Of a DNA stretch of 64,000 nt, positions 28,146-42,040 are shown one piece after another. Origin of the DNA: the human T2T-CHM13v2.0 reference genome, Homo sapiens; the NCBI RefSeq assembly GCF_009914755.1, contig NC_060940.1. The stretch is one strand, 5' to 3'. A program made the translations under genes and the position numbers. Below the pieces are notes generated by a model, which saw nothing but the letters and a program-made list of their open reading frames with translations, was not told where the DNA came from and searched no databases. Positions within the stretch are counted from its first letter, which is position 1; each line of letters starts with the position of its first letter.

Positions 28146-28346
28146 GTTGTTCAATGGAACTGTCTGCAATGCTGTAAACCTTGTGTCTGCCAACTTGGTA
28201 GCCGTTAACCAGATGAAGGTATTGAGCCTTGAAATGTGGCCAGTGCCACCAAGGAACTAAATTTTTGACTTTATCTAAATTTTAATACATTTAGATTCAA
28301 ATGTAAGTAGCCCATGTGGCTAATGGTTACTACATTGGACGGCACA
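28146..28346. mobile_element. MER3-like hAT MITE
   Basis: tgttcaatggaactgtctgcaatg...tgaaatgtggccagtg...catgtggctaatggttactacattggacggcaca. Confidence 0.8.
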
Positions 28347-28454
28347 TCTTCATAATTCTGGAAATCCACAATGAAGTTTCTAAATGCAACCACGATTCCC
28401 ATATTGTTGCCAGATCCATCCATCTACAGGTGGCAATAGGAAGGTATGTTACAC

Positions 28455-28587
28455 TAGCAGACTCTAGTATCTGTGAGGTCAGAGATCATGTCCCAGTATG
28501 ACTTTCTCTCCAGAGTCTTTTATAGCATAGAACACAGAGCCGGTGACAAATAGCATGTCAATAAATGAATGAATGAACGAATGAATG
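28455..28587 (+). mobile_element. L2 3' end
   Basis: tctgtgaggtcagagatcatgtc...caataaatgaatgaatgaacgaatgaatga tail. Confidence 0.7.
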
Positions 28588-29034
28588 ATTTTTCTCTGGG
28601 AGTCTCTCTTTCATCTTCCTGCCATAGGCCTGAAATTCCCCTAAGAGCAAATAATTCTGGCAGCTTTTGCATTCTGCTGTCCAGAAGTCATCTGTTAAAA
28701 TACAGCCACCCTTGGGAAGGTATTGTAATAAATAAGGCCATTATTAGCATCCTACATCCATTAATCCATCAGATTAGTTGAACACTTAAGGGAATAGTAC
28801 AAAGGAGAGGAACACACTGATTGTAAAGGCTGAGGGAAATTCTATAACTTAATGAGTTTATGTGTTGCATATTGTACATGTTTCCTTTTTCCTTGTGTGT
28901 TCAGGTGTGCCTGTCTGATAATCTCCAGGTGTGTCGGTGTATGGCTGTGTGTGCAATATATAGATGGGATTTGTCCATTGTTAGATAGTTGGACTCCAAA
29001 TGACAATCATAATAATAAAATAATCTCAATAATA

Positions 29035-29420
29035 ATCTCTGCCACTTAATATCTAATGTGATCTTTGAACAAACACTTAGCCTTTTGGAATTCACTAACT
29101 GTGAAATGGGGATAATAGGAATTATGTCTTATGGATTTGTGATCATTAAACAACATATTTTTTAAAGTACCTGACACAATACCTGACATATAATAGGTGC
29201 TCAACAAGTGCTCACTAAACGACACAATAAAATTGTGATTATATATTTCATATGTCTACATATTGTATATGTCTTACTAATTACATTAAATGCATTGCAA
29301 CTATTCTCTTCTTTAATTCTCATAATAATATTGCCAGCTACGTAGTATATTATCTCTATTTTACAAATACAGAAATGGCCTCGAAGGAGCTGAGTGCCTT
29401 AACTGAGTTCAGCCAACCAG
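29035..29420. mobile_element. Two MIRs in opposite orientations
   Basis: ctgtgaaatggggataatag...acctgacatataataggtgctcaac; tattttacaaatacagaaatgg. Confidence 0.65.
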
Positions 29421-30254
29421 ATCAGCAAATCAGCCAGTGTTGAAGAATAATAGTAATGATCCTAGAGTGATCTAATAGGAAAAAATAATTGGAAATGAGC
29501 ACAGACTGAACTTCAAATCTACAGCCTTTCCCTAAAGCTGCCAAGGCCTCTGGAGCCAGGAGGGCCCTGAGTAGCCAGACATCTGCATAATGGTTTCTCA
29601 TCCTTTCCTCTCTTCTCATCCTTTCCTCTCTTATCAGTTAATTCAGCTAGCTGAATATGGCTCCAGGCTCAGAGCCAGTTAGAGCCCTCTGAAAACAAGG
29701 CTGTAGGTGGATAAGTGGGGAATGTCTGTTTTCTTCTCTTTTGCATAGAAACCCAGACTGTGTGAGTTTTGAAGGTTAGCAGGGGTGCTAAGGAGGCTAG
29801 TCAAGGCCTATTTGGAAAGTGAAAGGCTAAAACAAAGCACCTCAGGCCAGAGAAAAAGGAAATAGCAACAGCTGTCTCTGCAGATGCGCTTCCCTCACCC
29901 ACTCTCGCATCCCCATCCATCCTGGGGATGTGGGTGGTTGCAAAGTTGTGTTTAGAGAAGGGATGAAATTGGGTGGGGATGAGGAAAGCTTGAGACATTA
30001 TTGTAAAGTTAAAGCTATAAAATCTTTGTGAAATCTTCTTCTTCTAGATCAAACCTGGCCCGTAAAGTTGTTTAACTCCCACATTATGGTTGTGGGAGAT
30101 ACTACCACCCAATAAAATCTAAGAGGCTACCAGTCATACTGTGTCTGGATTCATGTCACGTCCAGTACCTGCACCACAACTGTGAGAAGTAGGAATACTG
30201 CAGAGATTTCCTGATAGATCAGTAATCTCAGAGTCCCAGAATCTTCCTGCTATG

Positions 30255-30450
30255 TCTGCTTAAGAGTCAGGTTGTTTAGGTTCAACCCCCAGCTCAATGT
30301 TAGTTAACTTTGACTTTCTTCTTTCAAAAATGGGGGTGATAATGTTGATATTGGTAAGACAATTAAAGGAGGTAATTTATGGAAAATATTTATAGTAGTG
30401 CCTAGTACAAAATAGGTATTTGGTGAATGCTGGTGCTCCTTATAATTATT
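30255..30450 (+). mobile_element. MIR SINE
   Basis: aaaatgggggtgataatg...gtgcctagtacaaaatagg. Confidence 0.65.
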
Positions 30451-30646
30451 CCGTCTCCACCAAACATCCTTTTGGTAATGAAATATTGTGCTTGGTCTCA
30501 TGGCCAGCAGTCAGAGTGCAATGCACTCTCACAAAGCTTGTACCTGGAGTTGAGTCAACAGATGCATTTTATCTCCCATGTCTTTTAAGTGACAGAATCC
30601 TCAGTCATTGAGTGGAAGTCCACAAGTTTGGCGCTTGACATGGTTA

Positions 30647-31484
30647 AATATAGTTTGGATGTTTGTCCCCCTTCAAATCTCATATTTATATGCGATATAG
30701 TTTGGATGTTTGGCTGTTTGTCCTCTCCAAGACTCGTATTGAAATATCCCTGTATTAATCCTTTCTCACACTACTATAAAGAACTGCTTGAGACTGTGTC
30801 ATCTATAAAGAAAAGAGGTTTAGTTGACTCACAGTTCCGCACGCCTGGGGAGGCCTCAGGAAATGTACAATCATGGTGGAAGGCAAAAGGGAAACAAGGT
30901 AACTTCCTCACAAGGTGGCAGGAAGAAGTGTCGAGCAAAGGGGGGAAGAGCCCCTTATAAAACCATCAGATCTTGTGAGAATTCACTCACTATTATGAGA
31001 ACAGCATAGGGGAAACTGCCTCCAAGATCCAGTCACCTCCCACCAGGTCTCTCTCTCGACACCTGGGGATTACAATTCAAGATGAGATTTGGGTGGGGAC
31101 ACAGAGCCTAACCATATCAATCCCCAGTGTTGGAGGTGGGTCTAGTGGGAGGTGTTTGGGTCATGGGGGCAGATTCCTCATGAATGACTTGAGGCTGTCC
31201 TTGTGGTCATGAGTTCTCACTCTATTAGTTCATGTAAGAGCTGGGTGTTTAAAGGAGCCTGGCACCCCTTCCTCTCTCTCTTGCTCCCTCTCGTGCCATC
31301 GATGTATCTGCTCCCCCTTTGCCTTCTGCAATGATTGCAAGCTTCCTAAGGCCTCACCAGAAGCAGATGCTGGTGCTACACTTCTTGTACAGTCTGCAGA
31401 ACTGTAAGGCAAAATAAACCCCTTTTCTTTATGAATTACCCAGCCTCAGGTATTCCTTTATAGAACGCAGAATGGATTAATGCA
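30647..31484 (+). mobile_element. MSTB-like LTR with duplicated 5' end, interrupted by THE1D
   Basis: tatagtttggatgtttg occurs twice; ccagtgttggaggtggg...gaagcagatgctggtgc...aattacccagcctcaggtattcc. Confidence 0.85.
30751..31119 (-). mobile_element. THE1D-like solo LTR
   Basis: tgtattaatcc...gatttgggtggggacacagagcctaaccatatca; perfect TSD atccc. Confidence 0.9.
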
Positions 31485-31880
31485 GCTCTGAATCAGAATT
31501 GATTACCCTTTCGTGACCTCTTAGCAGTATCTTTGCTCTAGACTGAGCCAGGACCTAGCTCTGGGAGTTTCTGTAGCTCAAGAGTTGGTAAATAGTTACC
31601 TCCAGGATCCTGGCCCAGTTTCTAGCATCTATTCTGCCACTTTCTGATTGGCAACCACAAAGAAAAATGGGGAAAGAGCACAAGCTCTAGATTAAGGCAG
31701 AGTGGTTCAAATCCTAGCTCTACTACTCACTTGCTATGTAATATTAGTTAAGTAATTTCACTTCTATGAGCTGCAGGGGTTGTTTTTTTCAATCTAGGCA
31801 TCCTCAAATGGCCTTGGTAGCACAAACCTCTTGACGATTATGTGAGTCAGGGTTCTCCAAAGAAATAGAACCAATAGAAT

Positions 31881-32751
31881 TGTAAACCAAAAAGTATCTG
31901 AGGCAGTATCTGAATCAGTTTAGATTTTTATGTTGTCAAGATTAAGGACCATAGCCCGTGACACACCCTCAGGAGGTTCTGAGAACATGTGCCTGAAGTG
32001 ATTGTATTACAGCTTGGTTTTCTATAGTTTGGGGAGACAGAAGTTACAGGCAAAGACATAAATCAATATGTGGAAAGTATACATTAGTTCAGCCTCAGAA
32101 GGCAGGATATCTCAAAGCGGGGGCTTCCAGGCCATAGGTGGATTCAAAGTTTTCCTGATTGGATATTGTTGAAAGAGTTAAGCTCTGCCTGAAGAGTTGA
32201 ATTCAGCATAAAGAAATGCTTGAGTTTAGATAAGCGGGATTGGGGAAGCCAAGTTTCTTATCATGTAAATAAAGCCTCTACATAGCAGACTTCAGAGAGA
32301 ATAGATGGTAAATGTCCCTTATCAGTACTTAAAATGTGTCAGACTCTCTGGAAAGGACCCAGTAAGGGAAGGAGATTCTCTACAGAATGCAAATTTTCCC
32401 CCAGAAGAGATGGCTTTCAGAGCCATTTCAAAATATATCAAATAAATATATTTTGAGGTAAAATACTTCACCTGCTACCTGTCGTGTGTCATGTCATGAC
32501 AGAGTCAGATTGCAATTTGATAACATATTGCTACAAGCAGCTTGTTTTGTCAGTCTTAAGATCTCTCTTTTCATGTTAATGCTGGCCAGTTGTGCCTAAA
32601 CTCCAAAGGGAGGAAGGTATTATGAGGCATGTCTAACCCCACCTTCCCATCATGGCCTGAACTAGTTTTTCAGGTTTCTTTAGGATTCCTTTGGCCAAGA
32701 TGGGATCCATTTAGTTGGTCGAGGGCCTTAGAATATTATTTTGGGGTTAGA
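31881..32751 (-). mobile_element. MER4-family ERV1 solo LTR (MER4D-like, ~870 bp)
   Basis: tgtaaaccaaaaagtatctgag...cctcaggaggttctgagaacatgtgcc...; 4-bp TSD gaat / gcat. Confidence 0.8.
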
Positions 32752-32918
32752 GCATGTATTTATACATACTATAGAAACTGGTTCATGCAGTTATGCCGAC
32801 TGAGAAGTTGCACAATCTGCCGTCTGCAGGAGGGACACCTAGGACAGCCAGTGGTGTAGTTGCAGTCTGAGTCCAAAGCCCTGACGACTAGGAGAGTTGA
32901 TAATCTAAGATGCAATCC

Positions 32919-33315
32919 TTACGCCATGGAACACTATGCAGCCATAAAAGGAATGAGTTCATGTCCTTTGCAGGGCCATGGATGAGGCTAGAAACCATCA
33001 TTCTCAGCAAAATAACACAGGAACAGAAAACAAAACACTGTATGTTCTCACTCATAAGTGGGGGTAAACAGTGAGAACACATGGACACAGGGAGGGGAAC
33101 ATCACACACCAGGGCCTCTCGGTGGGGTATGGGTATAGGGGAGGGAGAGCATTAGGACAAATACCTAATGCATGAGGGGCTTGAAACCTAGATGACGGGT
33201 CGATGGGTGCAGCAAACCACCATGGAACATGTATACCTATGTAACAAACCTGCACGTTCTGCACATGTATCCCAGAACTTAAAGTCAAATTAAAAAAAAA
33301 AAAAGAAAGAAAAAA
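32919..33315 (+). mobile_element. L1PA (PA7-8-like) 3' fragment
   Basis: ccatggaacactatgcagccataaaagg...catgtatcccagaacttaaagt plus A-tail; TSD aagatgcaatcc / aagatgctgtcc. Confidence 0.9.
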
Positions 33316-33654
33316 AAGATGCTGTCCAAATGCAGAAAGAGAGAAATGTCCCGGCTTAAAATAATCAGACAGAGAGAGAAAATTCTCTCTTACCCTGCCT
33401 TTCCCCTATTCAGGCCCACCCACCGTAGGGAAGACAATCTGTTTTACTCAGTCTACCTATTCAAATATTAATGATAACTAGAAGCATCCTCATGAGCCCA
33501 CTAAGAATAATGTTGACAATATTTGGGCACTGTGTAGTACAGATAAGTTGACACGTAAAAGTAACTATCATAGTGGCCTTACTTGGGCACCAACACTGGA
33601 ATAAATGAAGGTCAGTGGTTTCCAGTCTCCTTGCATCACTTCTTTCAAGAGTCA

Positions 33655-33996
<342 letters not shown>

Positions 33997-34528
33997 TTAT
34001 TATATCATGTGCCTGTCCCTATGTATTCTGGTGGTGTGAAAAGTGATATGGTTGAGATACCCAGCACATAATACATGTTCCACTTATGAATACCTACTTT
34101 TATTTTTTGTTTCTCTCCTCTCTGTGCCTTATTATCAGTAACTCAGTGAATCATTTCAGAATGTCTTTGCAATCTAGTTATCCTGAAAACAACCTCCTCA
34201 ACACCCACTGGCCAAATTTGCTTCTTTGCCGTCAATAATGTACACAGTTTAGGTGTTGAACAGTGTGATACTAGTTATTTCAGTTCTTGGCATTGTGTTT
34301 ACCAATTTTTAAAAGTCTTGCCTTCAGGACACACTGAACATGATTACTCTATGTGAAAGACACATTCCTGGTACTTTTTTAACGTACCAAGCCAGAGTCC
34401 TACCAGCCTTTCTCCCTGCCCGCTGCACTAGAAGTGTAAGCATGTCCTTGCCTGGGAGGAAGGGAGCCGAGAGCCATGACCTGGCATGAGTTGGGTCTTT
34501 TGGGGGTGGACCCTGTACTTTTTAGTTA

Positions 34529-34876
<348 letters not shown>

Positions 34877-34888
34877 TCAAGATTGCAC

Positions 34889-35181
34889 TTTTTTTTTGAG
34901 ACAGGGTCTTGCTTTGTTGCCCTGGCAGGAGTGCAGTGGCACGATCTCTACTCACTGAAACCTCCGCCTCCCGAGTTCAAGTGATTCTCGTGCCTCAGCC
35001 TCCCAAGTAGTTGGGATTACTGGCCCCTGCCACCACGCCTGGCTAATTTTTGTATTTTTTTAGTAGAGACAGGGTTTCTCCATGTTGGCCAGGCTGGCCT
35101 TGCACTCCTGACCTGGAGTGATCCACCCACTTCGGCCTCCCAAAGTGCTAGGATTACAGGTGTGAGCCACTGTGCCCCGCC
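34889..35181 (-). mobile_element. Alu (AluSx/Sz-like)
   Basis: Full dimer; TSD aagattgcacttt / aaggttgtacttt. Confidence 0.95.
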
Positions 35182-35616
35182 AAGGTTGTACTTTAATACT
35201 TGTGTCACCTAAAATCTTTCATCGTACTCATAACAACATCATGCGCATTTATTAGCTTTGCGCAAGAAATCTGTTTTTGAAATGCATGCAAAGGGAGAGC
35301 AACTGCCCCTCCCACTCCCCTAAATACAGATATTTCCCATTCCCCCTCCTCTTAATTTCAAACTCGGCCTCGAGCAGGGGCCTCTCACCATCACTTCTTC
35401 TAGCCCCTGTGCACTTCTACAGAATCTTAGGCAGACTGGAGTAGATTAGAAAGGGAAGAAAACATAACTCCTAAATGCCAGCTCTCTAGTAAGAGTCTGT
35501 TTCTAGTTAGAGTCTATTTTCGCCCTGGACAACACCAGTGTGATTACAAGTGCAAGGTCTGCAGATTCAGCTACCCACCAGGGGGTTTGAACCTCCCCAT
35601 GTTAGCAACATTTTTC

Positions 35617-35997
<381 letters not shown>

Positions 35998-36035
35998 TAG
36001 CAACATTTTTCATAAGAGGCAGCCTACTGCACTGG

Positions 36036-36643
36036 TGATATAGGAGTTAAGAAGAAATTATTTAGGCAGATAGTGAGAATACAGAAGTCCTCAGTAACAT
36101 TTTCCTTTCAATGAAAAGCAGCCCCCAAATCATTTTTTTTCCCTAACAAGGAGCACCCTGTAAAATTGAGCTGCAGACATAGACAAGCGAGCTGGAAGCT
36201 TGCACCGTTGAATGCCGGCAGTTGTGCAAGTAGAAAATGGCTGCCTGGGACTAGGCAGGTTAAAAATGGCGCCTCCATCTTCCCTTCTTTTTGCTAAACC
36301 TCATGTACAGGAAGGAGAAGACAACATGACGCTGGCCAGGCAAAGGCCCCATTTGCATAATAAGATTGGGGTAGGGCGACCAGCCTTCCCTGCTCGCTAA
36401 GTAAATCACACACAGCCTCCTCAAGCCTGCCTGTAAAATCAGGAGCAGTCTGCTGCAGGCTGGTTTTTCCTTTCCGGCGCCCCTCTTTCTTGCAAGCGAG
36501 AGAGCTGTTCTCCTTTCTCTTTCTTCTATTAAACCTCCGCTCCTAAATTCACTCCTTGTCTCCTTGTGTGTGTTGGCATCCTCATCTTCTTGGGGCAAGA
36601 CGATGAACCCTGGGTATTTACCTCAGACAATGACACTGCCTTA
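36036..36643 (+). mobile_element. LTR9-family (LTR9/LTR9B-like) ERV1 solo LTR
   Basis: tgatataggagttaagaagaaattatttaggcagatagtgag...gagctgcagacatagacaag...tatttacctcagacaatgac; 4-bp TSD ctgg. Confidence 0.8.
36351..36364 (-). promoter_or_regulatory. OCT4-SOX2 composite motif within LTR9
   Basis: ATTTGCATAATAAG (reverse complement CTTATTATGCAAAT). Confidence 0.6.
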
Positions 36644-36671
36644 CTGGGTTAAGGATACAGATTAAAATCCA

Positions 36672-37060
36672 TGTGCTAGGTTGCATTGTTGATCCTAATT
36701 CTTCACCCCTCCCTCCAGCCACATCATTTTCCTTGTTGACTTTTCATTTTCTTCCCACTCCTCTAATTTGAGTTCTGCTATGTCACTCTCTTTAGGCAAC
36801 AGAATAAGCTGAGGTGATGTAAAATTCCAAGACTACTCCTTCCCAGGCCTGTGAGTTTCCCTTTGCCCTCTTGCATCTCCTCCATGCTAGGAGAATAACA
36901 TGCCCAGGACAACCTGCTGGATGAAAAGAACAGCAGAAAGGTAGAGCCATGCCAGTGAATTCCTAGCCCACCCCTAGCCAACCTGCAGACCTTGAGCTAA
37001 ATGATGGCTTATTGTTGCGTCCGTCCTGGAAAGATATTTGGGGTTGTTTGTTCGGGTTCA
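36672..37060 (+). mobile_element. Old MLT1 (H/I/J-like) LTR
   Basis: cctaattcttcacccctccct...gccaacctgcagacc...tttggggttgtttgtt. Confidence 0.65.
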
Positions 37061-37169
37061 ATTTCTTGACTTTTCATGAAGAGCTAGAACTAGATGGTTC
37101 TTAAGGATAGTTTTAGCTCTGAAATCATGCAGTTCCTCAGATATCCAATAAATCGTCCCCCAGTATCTT

Positions 37170-37335
37170 TGCCTTGAGCATTAATTATATTGTATTGTAG
37201 GAAACATATCAAGTGTCTGCCTCCCCGACCGATTGTGAGATCCAGGTGGATCAGCCATGGCTTACTCATCTCTGCAGCACAGTGTCCATCTCAGGGCTAA
37301 CACATTGTAAGTTATCAGTTAATGTTTGTTGTGGG
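37170..37335 (+). mobile_element. L2 3' end
   Basis: gtgtctgcctcccc...gattgtgagatcc...gttaatgtttgttg. Confidence 0.6.
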
Positions 37336-37484
37336 AATGACTATATGGCCGAGGGGCCATTCCAGTGGCACATTCAGATAGGCAGCAAGTTCATCGACTT
37401 TCTGTTTTCAGAGACAGATATCTCCATTTCACCCGACTATGTGCATGCTGTCCTTTGTGCAGTGGGTGACTTGATCAACCAGGA

Positions 37485-37980
37485 TTTTTTTCATTTAATT
37501 AATGTATAGCATACTTATCAAATGCATACAGTGCATCAAAGTGCTTTTAGATTTTCATGTATCTATTTGTATATTTAGCTATCTTGTTAACTATAACAAG
37601 ATAATACCTGCCAATGATTTAAAAATAGGTACTATAAAAGGATATCCAGTGAAAATTAAGTCCCTCCTCCTCTTCACTGTTAGTTCCCTAGGTCACCTCT
37701 CTGTTGTAGTTTCTGGGATAGCGTTCCAGAGATATTCTATGAATGTACAAGCAAATAGGCATCTATCATCCCACTTCTCCTTCTTTTGTGTATTAATGGT
37801 GCATACTTCCACGCTCTTTTATTTTGCTTTCCTCACTTACTGTTTGCTTTAGATAGTACAGTGTTTAGTAGACATTGCTCTGTCTTGATATTCTAATGGC
37901 TGCATAGTATTCCATTTTATAGCTGCACCACAATTTAAGCAACCCTTGTTGTGGGTGTCAAAGTTAATTTCAGTCTTTGG
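37485..37980 (-). mobile_element. Old L1 (L1MC/ME) fragments
   Basis: ttctaatggctgcatagtattccattttatagctgcaccacaatttaagcaacc. Confidence 0.65.
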
Positions 37981-38949
37981 GCCAAACTCCTCTGAAGGGC
38001 CTTTGAAAACCTTGGCCTCATTGGGAGCCAGCAGGGATGGGCACTTGACCAAAAGGCCAGCGGGGAATGATATCTAGCCCATACTCCACTCATCAAGCCA
38101 GGAACTCTAATGTATCACTGTACAGGTGTACAGTGTGTAAGACAGATTCTCCCTGGCCTCATCCCTCTAAAAGTCTTAAAGAGGTAGCCCTGTGATCCTA
38201 GCGCCCAGCCTATCTCAGAGCTTAGCTAAGTGAGATGACCAGTTGCCACCTTGAATAACCACAGATGCTAACTACTCCATAAGCAGTTAATTATGAAGAG
38301 TCAGAACCAAGTAATAGATATTGAGTAAGGAGGTGGATAAAAGGCTGGGACTTGAGAACGGACCAGACATAACAATGGTGCTAGACCCACGAAGTGTCCC
38401 ATAAATAGAAAAAAAGAGGGAATGCAGAGGGCATGGGGATAGAGAGTGATGGTGAGAGTTGATCTCCTAGGCAGGTGGGGGAGCCCTGGAGGGTCAGTTC
38501 TGGGGGTTCCTGAAGGTTAACATAGGACAAAAAAAGTTAATGGCTGCCAATAGAATTGTGAACGTCTGATGGAAACATTTTAAAAACTCCTCTTTAATAT
38601 GATTTTTAAAACATTTTAATTTTTCTGTAAAAAAAAAAAGCTATTTATCCAAACTCTTCTTCTTTCTATGATCTCATGTCTTTAAATATACCAAACATGA
38701 TAATTTTATGAGCAAATCACATTATACATAATACATTTTTATGTTTCAAATCTTACAAAATGACTTAAGTTCCATAGAGTGTGTTAATTTTTTTTAAAGA
38801 AGAATGCATATATTTCAGTGTTCCCACTTTGCTACTTCATCTGCTCTCCTCCATCACAAATATCCCCCTCCTTGGCTTCAACATTTTGGAAAATTTCTTG
38901 TCTGTAATTCCAAACTTCTCTTCAAGGATGACTTCTCCTTTCCAGATAA

Positions 38950-39160
38950 GATCCGGACTCTGATTCCAATGCCACCATTTGTTTGCAGTTTGACTTCTGA
39001 TGAGTCACTTAAGCGCTCTAGTCCTTGGTTTCCTATCTGGAAAGTGGAAACCATAATAATACTTACCCCATGTTGGGATGATTGCATGGTATGTGTTCAG
39101 TATCTGGCACAGTGCTCGGTGCACATTCGGCAGACTTTATGTTCCGTTTCTCCTTCCTGA
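38950..39160 (+). mobile_element. MIR SINE
   Basis: agtcacttaagcgctctagtccttggtttcctatctggaaagtgg. Confidence 0.75.
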
Positions 39161-39426
39161 TACCGTTCAGAAAGTACTCTCTTTGGTCCTGGACCAGTGG
39201 TCTCTCATAATAACCTGGCTGGGTTAGAAATTAGATGGAGATATTTAGGTAAAATAAGGAGGGATCAGAAGTCAAGAGAAATGACTTGAGATAGATCTCA
39301 AGCAGAAAAGGTGACACAGGAAAAAAACACAAAAACAACAACAACAACAACAAAAAACAAAGAGAGGCCCTCTGCTGGTATACTGGAGAAGACAGGCCTG
39401 TTGGAAGAGGCAGGGACAAATCTCTG

Positions 39427-39524
39427 GGATGACAAGTTGTCCTGGTTTTCCTGGAACTCAGAAGTTCTCAAGATGTGAGACTTTCAGTGCTAGAACCAGG
39501 AAATCAGGACAAGTTGTTCACCCA
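39427..39524. mobile_element. MER81/MER94-like hAT-Blackjack MITE
   Basis: gggatgacaagttgtcctggttttcctggaact...actttcagtgctagaaccagg...gacaagttgttcaccc. Confidence 0.6.
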
Positions 39525-41717
39525 ATGTCTTAACCTTTTGGAAGTCATGAAGGACCCTTCCCAGGCCCATGAAAGACTGGGTGGACCCATCTGCCTCTTG
39601 ACAGAGTAATCTCCATTTCTTGTTGGAAAAATATTGAAAGGGCAGGGAAGAGACCACAGGGCCAAGAAAACACTGAAAGCGAGAGAGATCGTCACTGGGA
39701 AATGACTCAATAACTCTAATTGGCTAGAGGAGGCCCCATCCTACCTCAAATATCCATTTGTCTTCCAAAAGAAGCTTCAAATTGGATTTAAAAGGATGTT
39801 TTTTCCCCAAACAAGGACAAAGATCCTTCCATCAGCACAGCAAGGAAGCAGCACTGTTCAGACAGGACCTCTGATCCCCCCAGAGACTCCAGAATCACTG
39901 TTTTCCCCAGAGAGAGAAGAACAACTGGGGAATAAAAAAAAATTCAACAGGGTGTGACCCCAGGAGGACTCTCAGGAGCCTCACGTGAGAGGATTATTAG
40001 GGGCACAATAAAATAATCAGGCGTTTGCCTTTGAGTATATGCGCACTCTGTCCTGATGTTACTCATGCCTTCTCCATCCATCTGGGGGCAGAGGTGCTAC
40101 ATGGCCCTGTGGTCCAGCTGCCAGCAACTCCAGGGGCTTCCTGATGTATGCTAAGCTGCTGCCGGAGCTGGTCTGTCCTCTTTTGATTCCTCTTTTGAAC
40201 TCTGCTTTTGTCTTTTAAAAATATTCAGCCCTTCAAGACTTCTTCTCTCAGCAAGGGGTCCTCTGCCGTGCCCGTCGAAGTCAGAGGTCCAGGAGAGCTG
40301 CCCTTCACTGGAGAAGGGGGAAAGGGAATGGTTCTCTCCAGGGCAGCTTTTGCACCTTGAATGGGGTTGAAGTTGTCAGTGCATGATGCAATTGGAACAT
40401 CCATACAAGGGTCAAACACTCCATCTTCTCTCTTTCAAAGGAAGGAAAACAAAGCCACAGCCAGGGACATGGGAGGACCAGTTTGGTCCTGGAGCCCTTC
40501 CAGCTGCAATCAAATCCTCTTCTGATTCTTCAGGCAATCTGGAGCAGAGGAGGCTGGTTTGAGTAAAGGGTGGTTTTGGGTACAGGGTATCACCCTAATG
40601 GTATCATTGATATGATTCAAGCTCGTCCTTGGGTGTACATTTGACTGAGATGTGTATGGATCCCAGACACTGCCCTCCCAATATCCAGGAGGGAGGGAGG
40701 ATTTCATGGCTGTCTGTTTTGGTGTCATGCATATTTCATGGCATCCAGGGTGAATAGGTCCTCTGGACATTTTCCAACAATCTCAGACTTCCTGGAGCCA
40801 AGAGCCACATCATGTTTTCGAAGGGATAAATTGTCTAACTTTGCAGAGATAATGATCCAGGTTTCATTCACCTACTAAAAGGTTTGAATGAAGGAGATCA
40901 GTAGAGATGTCCTAAAAACCATTAGAAATAAAAGGAAAATTGTTGCATAAATATCTGGAACGTAAACTACCCTGTTTTAAGGCAACCATCCTACCCTTAG
41001 CAGCAAAAAGGGAGGGGGAAGTTGGGGAGGGGGAATTTCTCCAGTGCCCCTGCTTGCCGATATAATTTCTGCTTTATGCTTTCTCATTAAAACTTCATAA
41101 CCTTGTTACAAAGGATAGCAAAGACCTTGCTCTCAGGAAAGGTTGTTTCATCTAGCTCCAGACTGTCTCTGTTGTAACTACAGCCACGGAAGCTAAAAGG
41201 ATCAACATTTTAATTGTGTTTCCTTGTTTTCACATGAATCTTATTCCATTTGACTTCCCCATCCATGCCCATGTCCCTAGTTTTCAAATGAGAAAACTGA
41301 GGTTTGGTGATCTTTGGACTTTGAGACCGATGCTATCTCATTTCATATCAAGAATAGAAAGCAGATCCCTTTTCTCTCCTCATTGGGGGCAGACAATCAT
41401 CACTACTTGACAAAACCTGTGTTTGGATTCCTCCTTTCTGGGATTTTCACATTGCTACCACTTCTAAAGAGAAGAACATACCTCTTAGTGGTTATTGGTG
41501 CAGATGTCTGGAGTTTGAGCCAGTGCTGGACACAAGCTGTCCTCATGAACACATGTGGCTGACTATGAGAAGAAACAGCAACCTGCTCTTGATTTGAAAT
41601 TAGAGTCCTGCTAGCAGAGGGTTCTTCTGTCTCCGAGCTTTACTCTTCTCCTCTGTAGAATTGGGGCAAGTTGCAGTCCCTAGCTCTTGGATTTACTGTG
41701 AAGAATAAATGAACTAA

Positions 41718-42040
<323 letters not shown>

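Larger units (their letters stand above)
31840..33571 (-). mobile_element. MLT2-family (ERVL) LTR in three pieces
   Basis: gtcagggttctccaaagaaatagaaccaatag...ctgagtccaaagccctga...aagttgacacgtaaaagtaactatca. Confidence 0.8.

Noticed and set aside
29595-29630. 18-bp tandem duplication ttctcatcctttcctctc x2
   Set aside because: Ordinary slippage duplication; two adjacent units, no spacers, not CRISPR-like.
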